Of a DNA stretch of 64,000 nt, positions 11,117 through 20,911 are shown in pieces. Within the stretch, counting starts at the first letter, position 1. The number at the start of each line of letters is the position of its first letter. The position numbers were made by a program, and so were the translations under genes. The notes below the pieces were generated by a model. That model was given only the letters and a program-made list of their open reading frames with translations, had not been told where the DNA came from and searched no databases. Origin of the DNA: an uncultured Chloroflexia bacterium (GTDB taxonomy: Bacteria; Chloroflexota; Limnocylindria; Limnocylindrales; CSP1-4); contig CAVQJC010000004.1 of assembly GCA_963712745.1 (NCBI GenBank), forward strand, positions 233,791 through 297,790, in the 5' to 3' direction.

Positions 11117-12382
11117 ATGTCCCTCGTGCGACGCCTGTTCCGAAGGGCACCTGCCGGTTCCGCCAGCGACGCCCATCTCGCGCTCGATATCGGCACCGAG
11201 TACGCCAAGGCCCTGCTCTTCGAGCACGACGACGGCGACGGCACCGTGGTCACCGGCGTCGGCCGTCAGCGACAGGGCCTGTCCCACATGCAGTCGGGCA
11301 CGGTGGCCGACATCCCCGCGGTGGTGAAGAACTGCCGGGCCGCGCTCGACGAGGCCGAGGAGATGTCCGGGCGTGCCGCGGATAAGGTCGTCATCGGCAT
11401 CGCCGGCGAGCTGGTCAAGGGCTTCACCACCACCCGCAGCGTCGAGCGCAAGCGACCGGACAGCTCGGTCACCCACTCGGAGCTGGAACGGCTGCTGGAG
11501 GAGATCGAGTCCGACGCCTCGGCCGAGGCCCAGCGGACGATCACCTGGGAGACGGGCCTGCCCAACGTCGACGTGCGGCTGGTGCATGCCAGCGTGGCCT
11601 CGGCCGGCATCGACGGCTACGCGGTCTCCAACCCGGTCGGCTTCCAGGGCCGCCACCTTCGCATCTCGGTCTTCAACGCCTACGCACCGCTGGTTCACCT
11701 GGGCGCGCTCGAATCGGTCGTGGAGCAGCTCGGCCTTGAGCTCATCAAGGTCGTGGCCGAGCCGTACGCGGTGGCCCGATCGATCTCCGGCGAGCAGGTC
11801 GGTCAGTCGGGCGCACTCTTCATCGACGTCGGGGGCGGTACCACCGACGTCGCACTCGTGCGCTCGGGCTCGGTCGAGGGCACTCGCATGTTCGCCCTCG
11901 GTGGCCGCGCCTTCACCAAGTCGCTGGCAGATCGTCTCGACGTGGGCTTCGAGGCGGCGGAGGCGGTCAAGATCGCCCATGCCGCAGGCAAGGACGTGGA
12001 AGACGCCGACGAGGTGGCCACCATCATCAGCGAGGACATCGCGGTCTGGGCTGCGGGCGTCGAACTCGTGCTCGAGGAGTTCGGGCAGGCGGGTCTGCTG
12101 CCCGGTCGCATCGAGCTCTGCGGGGGCGGGGCGGCGCTGCCGGAGATCCGGGCCGCGCTCGAGGACGAGCGGTTCGGCCGCGGCCTGCCCTTCGCGCGGC
12201 GCCCGCTGGTGTCGATGATGGATCCCGACTCGGTCAGCGAGATCACCGACGGGACCGGGCTGCTCGTCGACCAGCAGGACGTGACACCGATGGCCCTGGC
12301 CTACCAGGCAGTGGAGGCGGCCAAGCCCCAGGAGCCGCTCGATGCCGCCCTCACCCGCGTGCTCAAGGGGATGCGCGTCTAG
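11117..12382 (+). CDS. FtsA-like actin-fold ATPase (not adjacent to ftsZ)
   Basis: LALDIGTEYAKAL, VAEPYAVA, FIDVGGGTTDVA, GGRAFT and LCGGGAALP actin/Hsp70 motifs. Confidence 0.85.
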   Translation: MSLVRRLFRRAPAGSASDAHLALDIGTEYAKALLFEHDDGDGTVVTGVGRQRQGLSHMQSGTVADIPAVVKNCRAALDEAEEMSGRAADKVVIGIAGELVKGFTTTRSVERKRPDSSVTHSELERLLEEIESDASAEAQRTITWETGLPNVDVRLVHASVASAGIDGYAVSNPVGFQGRHLRISVFNAYAPLVHLGALESVVEQLGLELIKVVAEPYAVARSISGEQVGQSGALFIDVGGGTTDVALVRSGSVEGTRMFALGGRAFTKSLADRLDVGFEAAEAVKIAHAAGKDVEDADEVATIISEDIAVWAAGVELVLEEFGQAGLLPGRIELCGGGAALPEIRAALEDERFGRGLPFARRPLVSMMDPDSVSEITDGTGLLVDQQDVTPMALAYQAVEAAKPQEPLDAALTRVLKGMRV

Positions 12383-12431
12383 CGCGGCGCACCGCTGACG
12401 AAGAGTGCCCCGGTAGGGCAGACTGCGGACG

Positions 12432-13956
12432 ATGGCCGTCTGGTACCTGGACAACGACGACGAGATCACCGATGCCGTCGCACGCCTCCGCGGAGCGGAC
12501 GACGAGCACGTGGTCTTCGTGGTGCCGCCGGGCTCCCGTATCGCGACCGGACGCATGAACTTCAAGCTCCTGGCGCGCGAGGCCGAGAACCGCGCCCTGC
12601 ACCTGGCCATCGCCAGTCCCGATGAGCAGGTCCGCGCCCTGGCTGCTTCGGCCGGTGTGCTCGCAGCCGTCACGCCCGACGAGGCGGAAGCCGCGCTCGA
12701 GCGCGGTGACGAGGCCCCGGCCTCGACAGCGCCTCCGGCCGCCCCCACCATCGTCGCCGGCGAAGCCGGCAACGGCCAGACCAAGTCCGGTTCGGGTGGC
12801 GGCGTCCTCATGTGGCGCAGCCAGCGCCTGCGCGTCACTACCGTCGTCGTCCTTATCGCCGTGATCATCGGGGGCTATGCCACCCTCCAGACCGTACCTA
12901 CCGCGGAGGTCACGCTGAGCCCGCGACTCGCCCTGCTGGGACCGCTGGAGACGACGATCTCGGCGTCCGCCGAGACCTCCACCGTGGACCCCTCTTCTTC
13001 GACGGTGCCCGCCACCGTCATCACGGTGCCGCTCTCGGTGCAGGACGGCTATCCCGCCAGCGGGGTCGAGGCCACCGAGACGCGGGCCACCGGCGAGGTC
13101 GTCTTCTCCGCAACGGACCAGGAGTTCGACCAGGAGATCGCGGCCGGTACGCGCGTGCTGACACCGTCCGGCATAGCCTTCCAGACGACCGAGACGGTGG
13201 TGCTGCCGCGAGGCGATGACTCGGCCAGCGAGATCCGGACGCCGGTCGAGGCGCTCGAGAGCGGGGAGTCTGGGAACGTGCCGGCGGAGGCCATCAGTAT
13301 CGTGCCCTCGCTCGAGAGCCAGGGCATCGGCGTAGTCAACCCCGAAGCCGACCGGCGGCGGCCGCTTCGAGGAGGTGCCGTTGGTGACCGCCGCCGACTA
13401 CGACGCCGCCGCGGTCGACCTGCGCAACCGGCTGGCCGGGGCCCTGGCCGCGTACCTGCGTGACGAGGCCAACACGCCCGCGGGCCTGACGGTCTATCCG
13501 GAGACCGCACAGCTTGGCGCCGTCAGCCACGACCCCCCGGCCGACGAGCTGGTGGGCACGCGGGCTGCGGAGTTCACGCTGGGCGGATCGGTGGCGGCGA
13601 CGGTGATGGCTGTCGACGAAGCAAACGTGGACCAGGTCACTCGCACGCTCCTGCTCCTGTCAGCGCCCGCGGGCACGGAGGTCATGGTCGAGAGCGTGGC
13701 AGTGACCCACGGCGAGGGCGTCGTCGACGGCGACCGCATCGTGTTTGACGGCACCGCCAGCGGCAGTACCGTGCAGCTCATCGACCCCGATGAGCTGCGC
13801 ACGAAGATCGCTGGCCTGCCGGTTTCCGAAGCGCAGGCCATACTGGAGGGGCTCGGGACAGCGACCGTGAACGTCTGGCCCGGGTTCTTGGGCGATCTGC
13901 CGAACGATCGCGAACGCATCACGCTCGATGTCCTCGAGGCATCGACCATGGAGTGA
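12432..13956 (+). CDS. Single-TM protein with baseplate J/gp47-like extracytoplasmic domain (apparent frameshift near 13348)
   Basis: N-terminal YLDNDDEITDAVARL domain and TM helix, then ATGEVVF...IAAGTRV...FQTTETV...VEALESGESGNVPAEAI, a pattern I recognise from baseplate-J-annotated proteins. Continues in ORF 13375-13956. Confidence 0.7.
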
Positions 13957-14001
13957 GTCAACGTACCCCATGACCGTCGACACGCACCCGCGCGCGCCGA
14001 G

Positions 14002-14469
14002 GTGCCGGTGACCGTGCTACTCGGTATCGATCTCGGCGACCGCCGCATCGGCGTTGCCAGCGGTGACACCACCACCGGATCCGTCAGACCACTGCTCACC
14101 TTGCGCCGCGGCACGCCCGCGCAGGATGCCGAGGCCATCGGCCGCATCTGCGAGGAGCGCCGAGCCAACGCCCTCGTGGTGGGGCTGCCCCTGCACATCG
14201 ATGGCAGCGAGAGCGAGCAGTCAAAGCGCACGCGCGCCTGGGTGGCCACGGTGGCGCCGGCCCTGGGCCTGCCGGTGTCGCTGCGCGACGAACGCCTCAC
14301 CAGCGCCACTGCCGAAGCGAGCATGGGCCCGCCACCTCGCGGGCGTGCCGGCGGTCCGCCTTCGGCAACAGCGCGCAGGGCCTGGCGGGCCCGCGTCGAC
14401 CGCGAAGCCGCCGCCGCCATCGTCCAGAGCGAGCTCGACGCTCGTGCAGCCACGGAGGTGAATACGTGA
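14002..14469 (+). CDS. ruvX: YqgF/RuvX RNase H-fold nuclease
   Basis: LGIDLGDRRIGVA, VVGLPL, DERLTS and DREAAAAI. Confidence 0.93.
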   Translation: MPVTVLLGIDLGDRRIGVASGDTTTGSVRPLLTLRRGTPAQDAEAIGRICEERRANALVVGLPLHIDGSESEQSKRTRAWVATVAPALGLPVSLRDERLTSATAEASMGPPPRGRAGGPPSATARRAWRARVDREAAAAIVQSELDARAATEVNT

Positions 14470-15770
14470 GCAGCCCGCCAGAAGGCGGCAACGGCCGCGT
14501 CGGCATCGTCGAGGGCTGGGAGCTCCGCCAGCATCGTCAGCAGGATGCCAATTCGGGCGCGTTCAAGGGCCTGGTCTTCGTCGTCGTGGCGCTGCTGCTC
14601 ATCGTCGTCGGCGGTTGGTTCGCGGCGCGTCCGATGGTCGGGCCCTTCCTCACGGACGTCTTCGCTGAGAGCCCCGGCATCATCAACCTGCCGGTGGCCG
14701 GCGACCTCATCGCGGCGGAGTTCGCCGACCGTCTCGACAAGTCCGCCGCCGATAGCGACCGCGAGATCGAGTTCGTGGTCGAGACCGGTCAGTCGGTCGA
14801 CGAGATCCAAGAGGCCCTCGTCGAAGCGGGCCTTCTCGCCGACGAGCCTGCCTTCAAGTACGCGGTCGTGCGAGACCGGGTCGACCAGCTCATCAAGGCT
14901 GGCACCTACACCATGACCCCGCGCATCACGCCCGCAGGCATCGCAGCTCGCCTCGAGGGCGATCCCGATCCGCCCACGCCGGTGACGACGCTGGACATGC
15001 GCCTGGGCCGTCGCATCGAACAGGTCGTGGCCTACCTCCAGCAGGAGACCGAAGAGGTCGGCCTCGAGCTGGACCCCAAGGAATTCCTGCGCCTGGCACG
15101 CAGTCCCAGCGAAGCGCTGCGCAAGCGATACGCCTTCCTGAAGCAAGCGCCGGACGGCAGCAGCCTGGAGGGCTTCCTCTACGGAGGCACATACGAGGTA
15201 CCCGTCGACATCACGTCCGAGGAGCTCATCGGCCTGATGCTGGGCAAGTGGGATGACGCGGCCAGCAGGTACCTGGCCCAGTCGCGCAAGCAGGGCAAGG
15301 ACTTCTACGACGTGCTCACCATCGCCAGCCTGGTGGAGCGCGAGGCCAAGGCGGACAGCGACCGTGCCAAGATCGCCGGCGTCTACTGGAACCGACTCAA
15401 TCCCAAGATCAACAAGCAGACCGACGGGCTGCTACAGGCCGACCCCACCGTGGTCTACGCCACCGACTCCATGGCGCTCGAGAAGGTCCCCGTCAAGAAT
15501 TGGGACGAGTACGTCTTCTGGGACCTGCTCGGTATCAGCGACTACTCGACGGTGGACGTCGACAAGAGGTACGAGTCCTTCCAGACCTACCAGAACCCGG
15601 GCCTGCCAGATCTGCCCATCGTGAGCCCGTCGGCGAAGTCGTTGGCGGCTGCGCTCAATCCGAACACCAAGTCGAAGAACCTGTTCTTCTATGCCTGCCC
15701 CGGTTCGGACACGCACAAGTTCGCCAAGACCTTCAAGCAGCACCAGCGCAACATCAATAGCTGCAAGTAA
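14466..15770 (+). CDS. mltG: Endolytic transglycosylase MltG
   Basis: N-terminal TM, LEGFLY, LTIASLVEREA, LQADPTVVYA and TYQNPGLP. Confidence 0.92.
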   Translation: MSSPPEGGNGRVGIVEGWELRQHRQQDANSGAFKGLVFVVVALLLIVVGGWFAARPMVGPFLTDVFAESPGIINLPVAGDLIAAEFADRLDKSAADSDREIEFVVETGQSVDEIQEALVEAGLLADEPAFKYAVVRDRVDQLIKAGTYTMTPRITPAGIAARLEGDPDPPTPVTTLDMRLGRRIEQVVAYLQQETEEVGLELDPKEFLRLARSPSEALRKRYAFLKQAPDGSSLEGFLYGGTYEVPVDITSEELIGLMLGKWDDAASRYLAQSRKQGKDFYDVLTIASLVEREAKADSDRAKIAGVYWNRLNPKINKQTDGLLQADPTVVYATDSMALEKVPVKNWDEYVFWDLLGISDYSTVDVDKRYESFQTYQNPGLPDLPIVSPSAKSLAAALNPNTKSKNLFFYACPGSDTHKFAKTFKQHQRNINSCK

Positions 15771-15841
15771 CCGCCGTCGAGGCGCCTGACCGGCGCCGCA
15801 CCGCCCATCGCCACCAGCCCAAAGGGAGAACGTCACCACCC

Positions 15842-16399
15842 ATGATCTCAGTCGGAGACCTGCGCAGGGGCATCGTCATCGAGCTCGATGACGAGCTCTG
15901 GCAGATCCTGGAGTTCCACCACATCAAGATGGCCCGGGGCTCGGCCCAGATCCGGATCAAGCTGAAGAACGTCAAGCGCGGGCAGACCGTCGAGCGCACC
16001 TTCCAGGCCACGGCCAAGTGGCCGCGCGCCATCCTCGAGACTCGTCCCGTGCAGTTCCTGTACCAGGACGGCGACGAGTACCACTTCATGGAGAACGAGA
16101 CGTACGAGCAGTTCCACCTGACCGGGGAGCAGCTCGGCGATGTGACCCAGTACCTGGTCGAAGGCATGTCGGTCGACCGCACCACCTACGAGGGTGAGAC
16201 GATCGGGGTCGACCTGCCCATCTCGGTGGAGCTGAAGGTGGTCGAGACCGAGCCCGGCTTCGCCGGCGACACCCAGTCGGGTGCCAAGAAGCCGGCCACG
16301 CTCGAGTCCGGCCTTGTCGTCCAGGTGCCGATCTTCATCGGTGAGGGAGACACCATCAAGGTCGACACACGCACCGGGGAATACCAGACCCGCGTGTAG
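15842..16399 (+). CDS. efp: Elongation factor P
   Basis: HIKMARGSA loop (Arg-type tip), PGFAGDT, KPATLESG and DTRTGEY. Confidence 0.97.
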   Translation: MISVGDLRRGIVIELDDELWQILEFHHIKMARGSAQIRIKLKNVKRGQTVERTFQATAKWPRAILETRPVQFLYQDGDEYHFMENETYEQFHLTGEQLGDVTQYLVEGMSVDRTTYEGETIGVDLPISVELKVVETEPGFAGDTQSGAKKPATLESGLVVQVPIFIGEGDTIKVDTRTGEYQTRV

Positions 16400-16408
16400 C
16401 GGCCACTC

Positions 16409-17812
16409 ATGGAGCCGCGCAGCCTCTGGGACGACCCGCCTCCAGCGCCCGAGCGCGCTGAGGCTCCGCTGCCGCCTGAGCCCGGCTCCAAACCCCCGGC
16501 CGTGACAGAAGGCCCCGCGGGACCGACGGTGCTCTCGGTGGCCGCACTCAATCGACTGGTACGGGAAACACTGCGCCGGCAACCTCGCCTCAGTCCGGTG
16601 TGGGTCGAAGGTGAGATCGGCAGCGTCTCGGTCAGTGCTGCCGGCCACGCGTACTTCACGCTCAAGGACGACAAGGCCCAGCTGCGCTGCGTCGTCTTTC
16701 GCGAGGAGCGACTGGCGCTGCCGCTGGAGCCGCGAACCGGATTGCGGGTGGTGGCCCAGGGCCGGATCGACGTCTTCGAGCAGCAGGGTGCCTACCAGCT
16801 CTACGTCGACTCGCTACAGCCCGCGGGCGTCGGCGACCTGGCCCAGCGCTACGAGGCGCTGAAGGCGGAGCTGGAAGCCGAGGGCCTCTTCGACAGCTCG
16901 CGCAAGCGCGCGCTGCCGCCCTGGCCGAGGACCATCGGCGTGGTCACCTCCCTGAGTGGGGCCGTCCTCCACGACATCCAGCGCGTCATCGACCGGCGCT
17001 GGCCGTTGGCGCGGCTGCTCGTCAGCGCCTGCCGCGTGCAGGGTGCGGGGGCAGAGGCCTCGATCGTACGCGCCCTGCGCCGGCTGGGACGCTGGACCGA
17101 CCCCGAGAGCGGACGAGCCGTGGACGTGGTCATCGTGGCGCGCGGGGGTGGCTCGCTCGAGGACCTCTGGGCGTTCAACGAAGAAGCGGTCGTGCGTGCC
17201 ATCGCGACTCACCCTCGCCCGGTCATCGTGGGCGTCGGCCACGAGACCGACGTGACGCTGGCCGAGTTCGCCGGCGACAGGCGTGCCGCCACGCCGTCGG
17301 TGGCGGCGGAGCTGGCGGTCCCGGACCGGGCCGCTCAACGCCAGCAGCTGCGAGCGCTCGAGGCTGCGCTATCGGTGGGTGCGGGCCGGCGGCTGGGCAG
17401 CACGCGCGCGGCGCTGGAGACGGAGCGACGTGCCCTCGAGACGTTCCGGCCCGGTGCCTACCTGGCTACCGAGCGTGAGCGCGTCGGGCTGCTCCTCGAC
17501 CGGGCCTCGCGTGCCCTGCTGGGACGCCTCGCGGCAGATCGGGCCATGTTGGACCGCAGCGCCGACGGCCTGCCGTCCCTGCTGCGGACTCGCACCGCTG
17601 GCGCCCGCTCGGAGCTGACCCGCTATGCGGCCGGCCTGACTGCCCTCGACCCCTTCGGCACGCTCGAGCGCGGCTACGCCATCGTGCGCACGACCGATGG
17701 TCACGTGGTCGTCGACGCCGCCGGCCGTGTCCCCGGCGACCGGCTGGAGGTCCGCCTGGCCAGAGGCCTGTTGGACGTGTCGGTCGATACCGTGCGAGAC
17801 TCCCGCTCGTGA
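16409..17812 (+). CDS. xseA: Exodeoxyribonuclease VII large subunit
   Basis: VWVEGEI, GHAYFTLKD, ARGGGSLEDLWAFNEE, GVGHETD and LERGYA. Confidence 0.96.
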   Translation: MEPRSLWDDPPPAPERAEAPLPPEPGSKPPAVTEGPAGPTVLSVAALNRLVRETLRRQPRLSPVWVEGEIGSVSVSAAGHAYFTLKDDKAQLRCVVFREERLALPLEPRTGLRVVAQGRIDVFEQQGAYQLYVDSLQPAGVGDLAQRYEALKAELEAEGLFDSSRKRALPPWPRTIGVVTSLSGAVLHDIQRVIDRRWPLARLLVSACRVQGAGAEASIVRALRRLGRWTDPESGRAVDVVIVARGGGSLEDLWAFNEEAVVRAIATHPRPVIVGVGHETDVTLAEFAGDRRAATPSVAAELAVPDRAAQRQQLRALEAALSVGAGRRLGSTRAALETERRALETFRPGAYLATERERVGLLLDRASRALLGRLAADRAMLDRSADGLPSLLRTRTAGARSELTRYAAGLTALDPFGTLERGYAIVRTTDGHVVVDAAGRVPGDRLEVRLARGLLDVSVDTVRDSRS

Positions 17813-18108
17813 CCGAGACACCGACGGACGCCGCGAAGGCCGCGGGCCCCGACAGCACCCCCGACATCGCCTCGTTGACCTTCGACAAGGCGCTCGAAGA
17901 ACTCCGCCTCGTGGTGGCCCGCCTCGAGGAGGGCGGCCTCCCGCTGGAGGAGTCGATCGCCCTCTATGAGCGCGGCGCCGCCCTGCACGAACACTGCGGG
18001 CGGCTGCTCGACTCGGCCGAGCTGCGGGTGCAGCGTCTCGTCGACGGCGCCGGCGGCAGCGCGCCACGGGTGATGGACCTGCGCCCGGACGACGGCGACG
18101 AGCTCTAG
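17809..18108 (+). CDS. xseB: Exodeoxyribonuclease VII small subunit
   Basis: TFDKALEEL...LPLEESIALYERG. Confidence 0.95.
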   Translation: MTETPTDAAKAAGPDSTPDIASLTFDKALEELRLVVARLEEGGLPLEESIALYERGAALHEHCGRLLDSAELRVQRLVDGAGGSAPRVMDLRPDDGDEL

Positions 18109-18111
18109 CCC

Positions 18112-20094
18112 ATGGTCACGCTGCGTGACCTCCGTGGACCGGAGGACCTCAAGGACATCAGCCACGGAGAAGCCCGAGCGCTGTGCACGGAGATCCGCCG
18201 CGAGATCATCGACACCGTGGCTGCCACCGGCGGACATCTGGGCAGCTCGCTGGGTGTGGTCGAGCTGACCGTGGCACTCCACCGCATCCTCGACAGTCCC
18301 ACCGACCGCATCGTCTGGGACACCGGGCACCAGGCCTATGCGCACAAGCTCCTGACCGGCCGACTCGATCGTTTCGGGACGCTGCGCCAGCTGGGTGGCG
18401 TCGGCGGCTTTCCCAGGCGCGAGGAGAGCGTGCACGACGTCATGGACGGTGGCCACGCCGGCACCGGCATCTCCATCGCCGAGGGACTGGCGCTCGCGCG
18501 CGATGCCCGGGGCAGCGGCGAGCGCGTCGCGGTGGTGGTGGGCGACGCGGCCCTGATGAGCGGCCTCTCGCTCGAGGCACTCAACGACATCGGCCACCGC
18601 AAGACGCGCATGCTCATCCTGCTCAACGACAACGAGATGAGCATCAGCCCATCCGTAGGCGCGGTCAGCCAGTACCTCAGCCGCATCAAGCTGTCACGCC
18701 AATGGCGCCGCTCCAGGCGCCGCTTCGACAGCGACATCGCCCGCATCCCCCGCATCGGGCCGTTCCTGCTGGAGTGGTCCCGCCGCATCCGCCACGCGGT
18801 CGTCGACCTCAGCCAGCCCGGGCGCCTCTTCGAGGACCTGGGCGTTACCTACGTGGGGCCGATCCCCGGTCACGACCTGATCGCGCTCGACAGCACACTG
18901 CGCAAGGCCCTGGAAGAGGAAGAGGCGCCCATCATCGTGCACGTGCGCACGCGCAAGGGCTTCGGCTACCGCCCGGCGGAGGCCGACAAGGTCGGGTTCC
19001 ACGGTGCGGCCCTCCCTCCTATGCCCGAGCTGACGGTGGCAGCCTCGGCCGGCAACGGCGCCGCGCCGTCCGATGGCGATGCCGCGCCGCCGGCCCAGGA
19101 GCGTGTCGCGAGCAAGCTGCCCAACTACACCGCGGTCATGGCCGCCGAGCTCGTGCGCATCGCCGAAGAGGACGAGCGCGTGGTGGCCATCACCGCGGGC
19201 ATGCCCACCGGTACGGGCGTAGCCGCCTTCGGCGAGCGCTTTCCAAAGCGCACCTACGACGTCGGCATCGCCGAGCAGCACGCCATGACCATGGCGACCG
19301 GTCTTGCCTTGGCTGGCCAGCGGCCGTTCGTGGCGCTCTACTCGACGTTCCTGCAGCGCGCCTTCGACCAGGTGGTCCACGACGTCTGCCAGAACGACAC
19401 GCCGGTGGTCATCGGCATCGATCGCACCGGGCTGGTGGGCGAGGACGGCACCAGCCACCAGGGCATGTTCATGCTTGGGCCCCTGCGCCAGCTGCCCAAC
19501 CTGGTGATGGCCGCGCCCCGTCACGAGCAGGACCTGCGGTGCCTGCTGCGCACCGCCTTCGGCCAGGAGCACCCCTTCGCGCTGATGTATCCGCGCGATG
19601 CCGGCTTCGGGCTCGACGACGTCGATCCGGTCCCGCTCGAGGTCGGACGCGGCGAGGTCCTGCGCACCGGTTCAGACATCCTCATCGTCGGCCTCGGTCC
19701 CATCGTGGCCAGGGGCCTGGCCGTGGCCGGGCAACTCAGTACGGACGGCTGGTCGGTCGCTGTCGTCGACGCCCGCTTCGTCCGGCCTATCGACCGCGAC
19801 CTAATCCTGGACCAGGCCCAGGGCAAGCAGCTCGTGGTCACACTCGAGGAGAGCGTGCTGGCCGGTGGCTTCGGCTCGGCGGTGCTGGAGGTGCTGGCCG
19901 ACGCGGACGCCGCTACCGCCGCCGTCCCGGTCAAGCGCATCGGCCTGCCTGATGGCAAGTTCGTGGACCACGGTGCGGTCACCGACCTGCGCCGTACCGT
20001 GCGCATCGACGAGCCCGGCATCAGGTCCCAGGTCGAGGAGGCTCTGACCGCCCACGGGCTGACACCCGGCGCGCGCACCGCTGTCGAGGCCTGA
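18112..20094 (+). CDS. dxs: 1-deoxy-D-xylulose-5-phosphate synthase
   Basis: GGHLGSSLGVVEL, WDTGHQAYAHK, GDAALMSG, DVGIAEQHA and YSTFLQRAFDQ. Confidence 0.97.
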   Translation: MVTLRDLRGPEDLKDISHGEARALCTEIRREIIDTVAATGGHLGSSLGVVELTVALHRILDSPTDRIVWDTGHQAYAHKLLTGRLDRFGTLRQLGGVGGFPRREESVHDVMDGGHAGTGISIAEGLALARDARGSGERVAVVVGDAALMSGLSLEALNDIGHRKTRMLILLNDNEMSISPSVGAVSQYLSRIKLSRQWRRSRRRFDSDIARIPRIGPFLLEWSRRIRHAVVDLSQPGRLFEDLGVTYVGPIPGHDLIALDSTLRKALEEEEAPIIVHVRTRKGFGYRPAEADKVGFHGAALPPMPELTVAASAGNGAAPSDGDAAPPAQERVASKLPNYTAVMAAELVRIAEEDERVVAITAGMPTGTGVAAFGERFPKRTYDVGIAEQHAMTMATGLALAGQRPFVALYSTFLQRAFDQVVHDVCQNDTPVVIGIDRTGLVGEDGTSHQGMFMLGPLRQLPNLVMAAPRHEQDLRCLLRTAFGQEHPFALMYPRDAGFGLDDVDPVPLEVGRGEVLRTGSDILIVGLGPIVARGLAVAGQLSTDGWSVAVVDARFVRPIDRDLILDQAQGKQLVVTLEESVLAGGFGSAVLEVLADADAATAAVPVKRIGLPDGKFVDHGAVTDLRRTVRIDEPGIRSQVEEALTAHGLTPGARTAVEA

Positions 20095-20098
20095 TCGG

Positions 20099-20911
20099 CT
20101 GGCCACCACCAAGCGGCGCAAGCTGCGCCTCGACCAGCTCCTCGTGGAACGAGGGCTCGTGCCCTCGCGTGCTCGCGCCCAGGCCCTGCTGATGGCCGGA
20201 CAGGTGCGGGTCGGCGCGGGCGACGCCGCTCGGCGCGACCGGCGCCCGGGCGAGCAGGTGGACTCGGACGTCGAGATCGTCGTGGCGGCCGGCCCCCGCT
20301 ACGTGTCACGGGGAGGGGAGAAGCTGGCCGGCGCGCTCGACGCCTTCGGCGTGGACCCGGCGCAGCGCACCTGCCTGGATGTGGGTGCGTCGACCGGCGG
20401 CTTCAGCGACTGCCTGTTGCAGCGCGGCGCGCGCCGTGTCTATGCTCTCGACGTGGGCCGGGGTCAGCTGGCGGAGTCGCTGCGGCAGGACGGGCGCGTG
20501 GTGAGCATGGAGCGCACCCATGCCGGACGTCTTGACCCTGAGGACGACGAACCGTTGGTGCTGCCGGAGCAGGTCAGCCTGGCCGTGGCCGATGTCTCGT
20601 TCATCTCGCTCACACGCCTGCTTCGCGGCATGGCCGCGCACGTCGAGCCCGGGGGTGACATCCTGCCCATGGTGAAACCGCAGTTCGAGCTCAGCCCTCG
20701 CGAGGTGCCTAAGGGCGTCGTCCGGGACGCGGCCGCCCGAGCGGCCGCCGTCACGCGCGTCCGCGAGCACGCGCTCGAACTGGGCCTCGAAGTCCTTGCC
20801 CAGTCCGAGTCGGTGCTCCTCGGGCCCTCCGGCAACCACGAGTACTTCCTCCATCTGCGGGTGCCCGCCCGCTGGGCGCCGGTGGGCTCCCGCGGGGGAC
20901 CGGGCACATGA
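20099..20911 (+). CDS. tlyA: TlyA family rRNA (cytidine-2'-O)-methyltransferase
   Basis: YVSRGGEKL, LDVGASTGGF, DVSFISL and VKPQFE. The S4 motif RLDQLLVERG extends upstream of GTG 20144, so the start is uncertain (possibly CTG 20099). Confidence 0.92.
   Translation: MATTKRRKLRLDQLLVERGLVPSRARAQALLMAGQVRVGAGDAARRDRRPGEQVDSDVEIVVAAGPRYVSRGGEKLAGALDAFGVDPAQRTCLDVGASTGGFSDCLLQRGARRVYALDVGRGQLAESLRQDGRVVSMERTHAGRLDPEDDEPLVLPEQVSLAVADVSFISLTRLLRGMAAHVEPGGDILPMVKPQFELSPREVPKGVVRDAAARAAAVTRVREHALELGLEVLAQSESVLLGPSGNHEYFLHLRVPARWAPVGSRGGPGT

Noticed and set aside
12432-13956. Prophage or contractile injection system suggested by the baseplate-J-like and holin-like domains
   Set aside because: No other phage structural, terminase or integrase genes; both genes are embedded among housekeeping genes.
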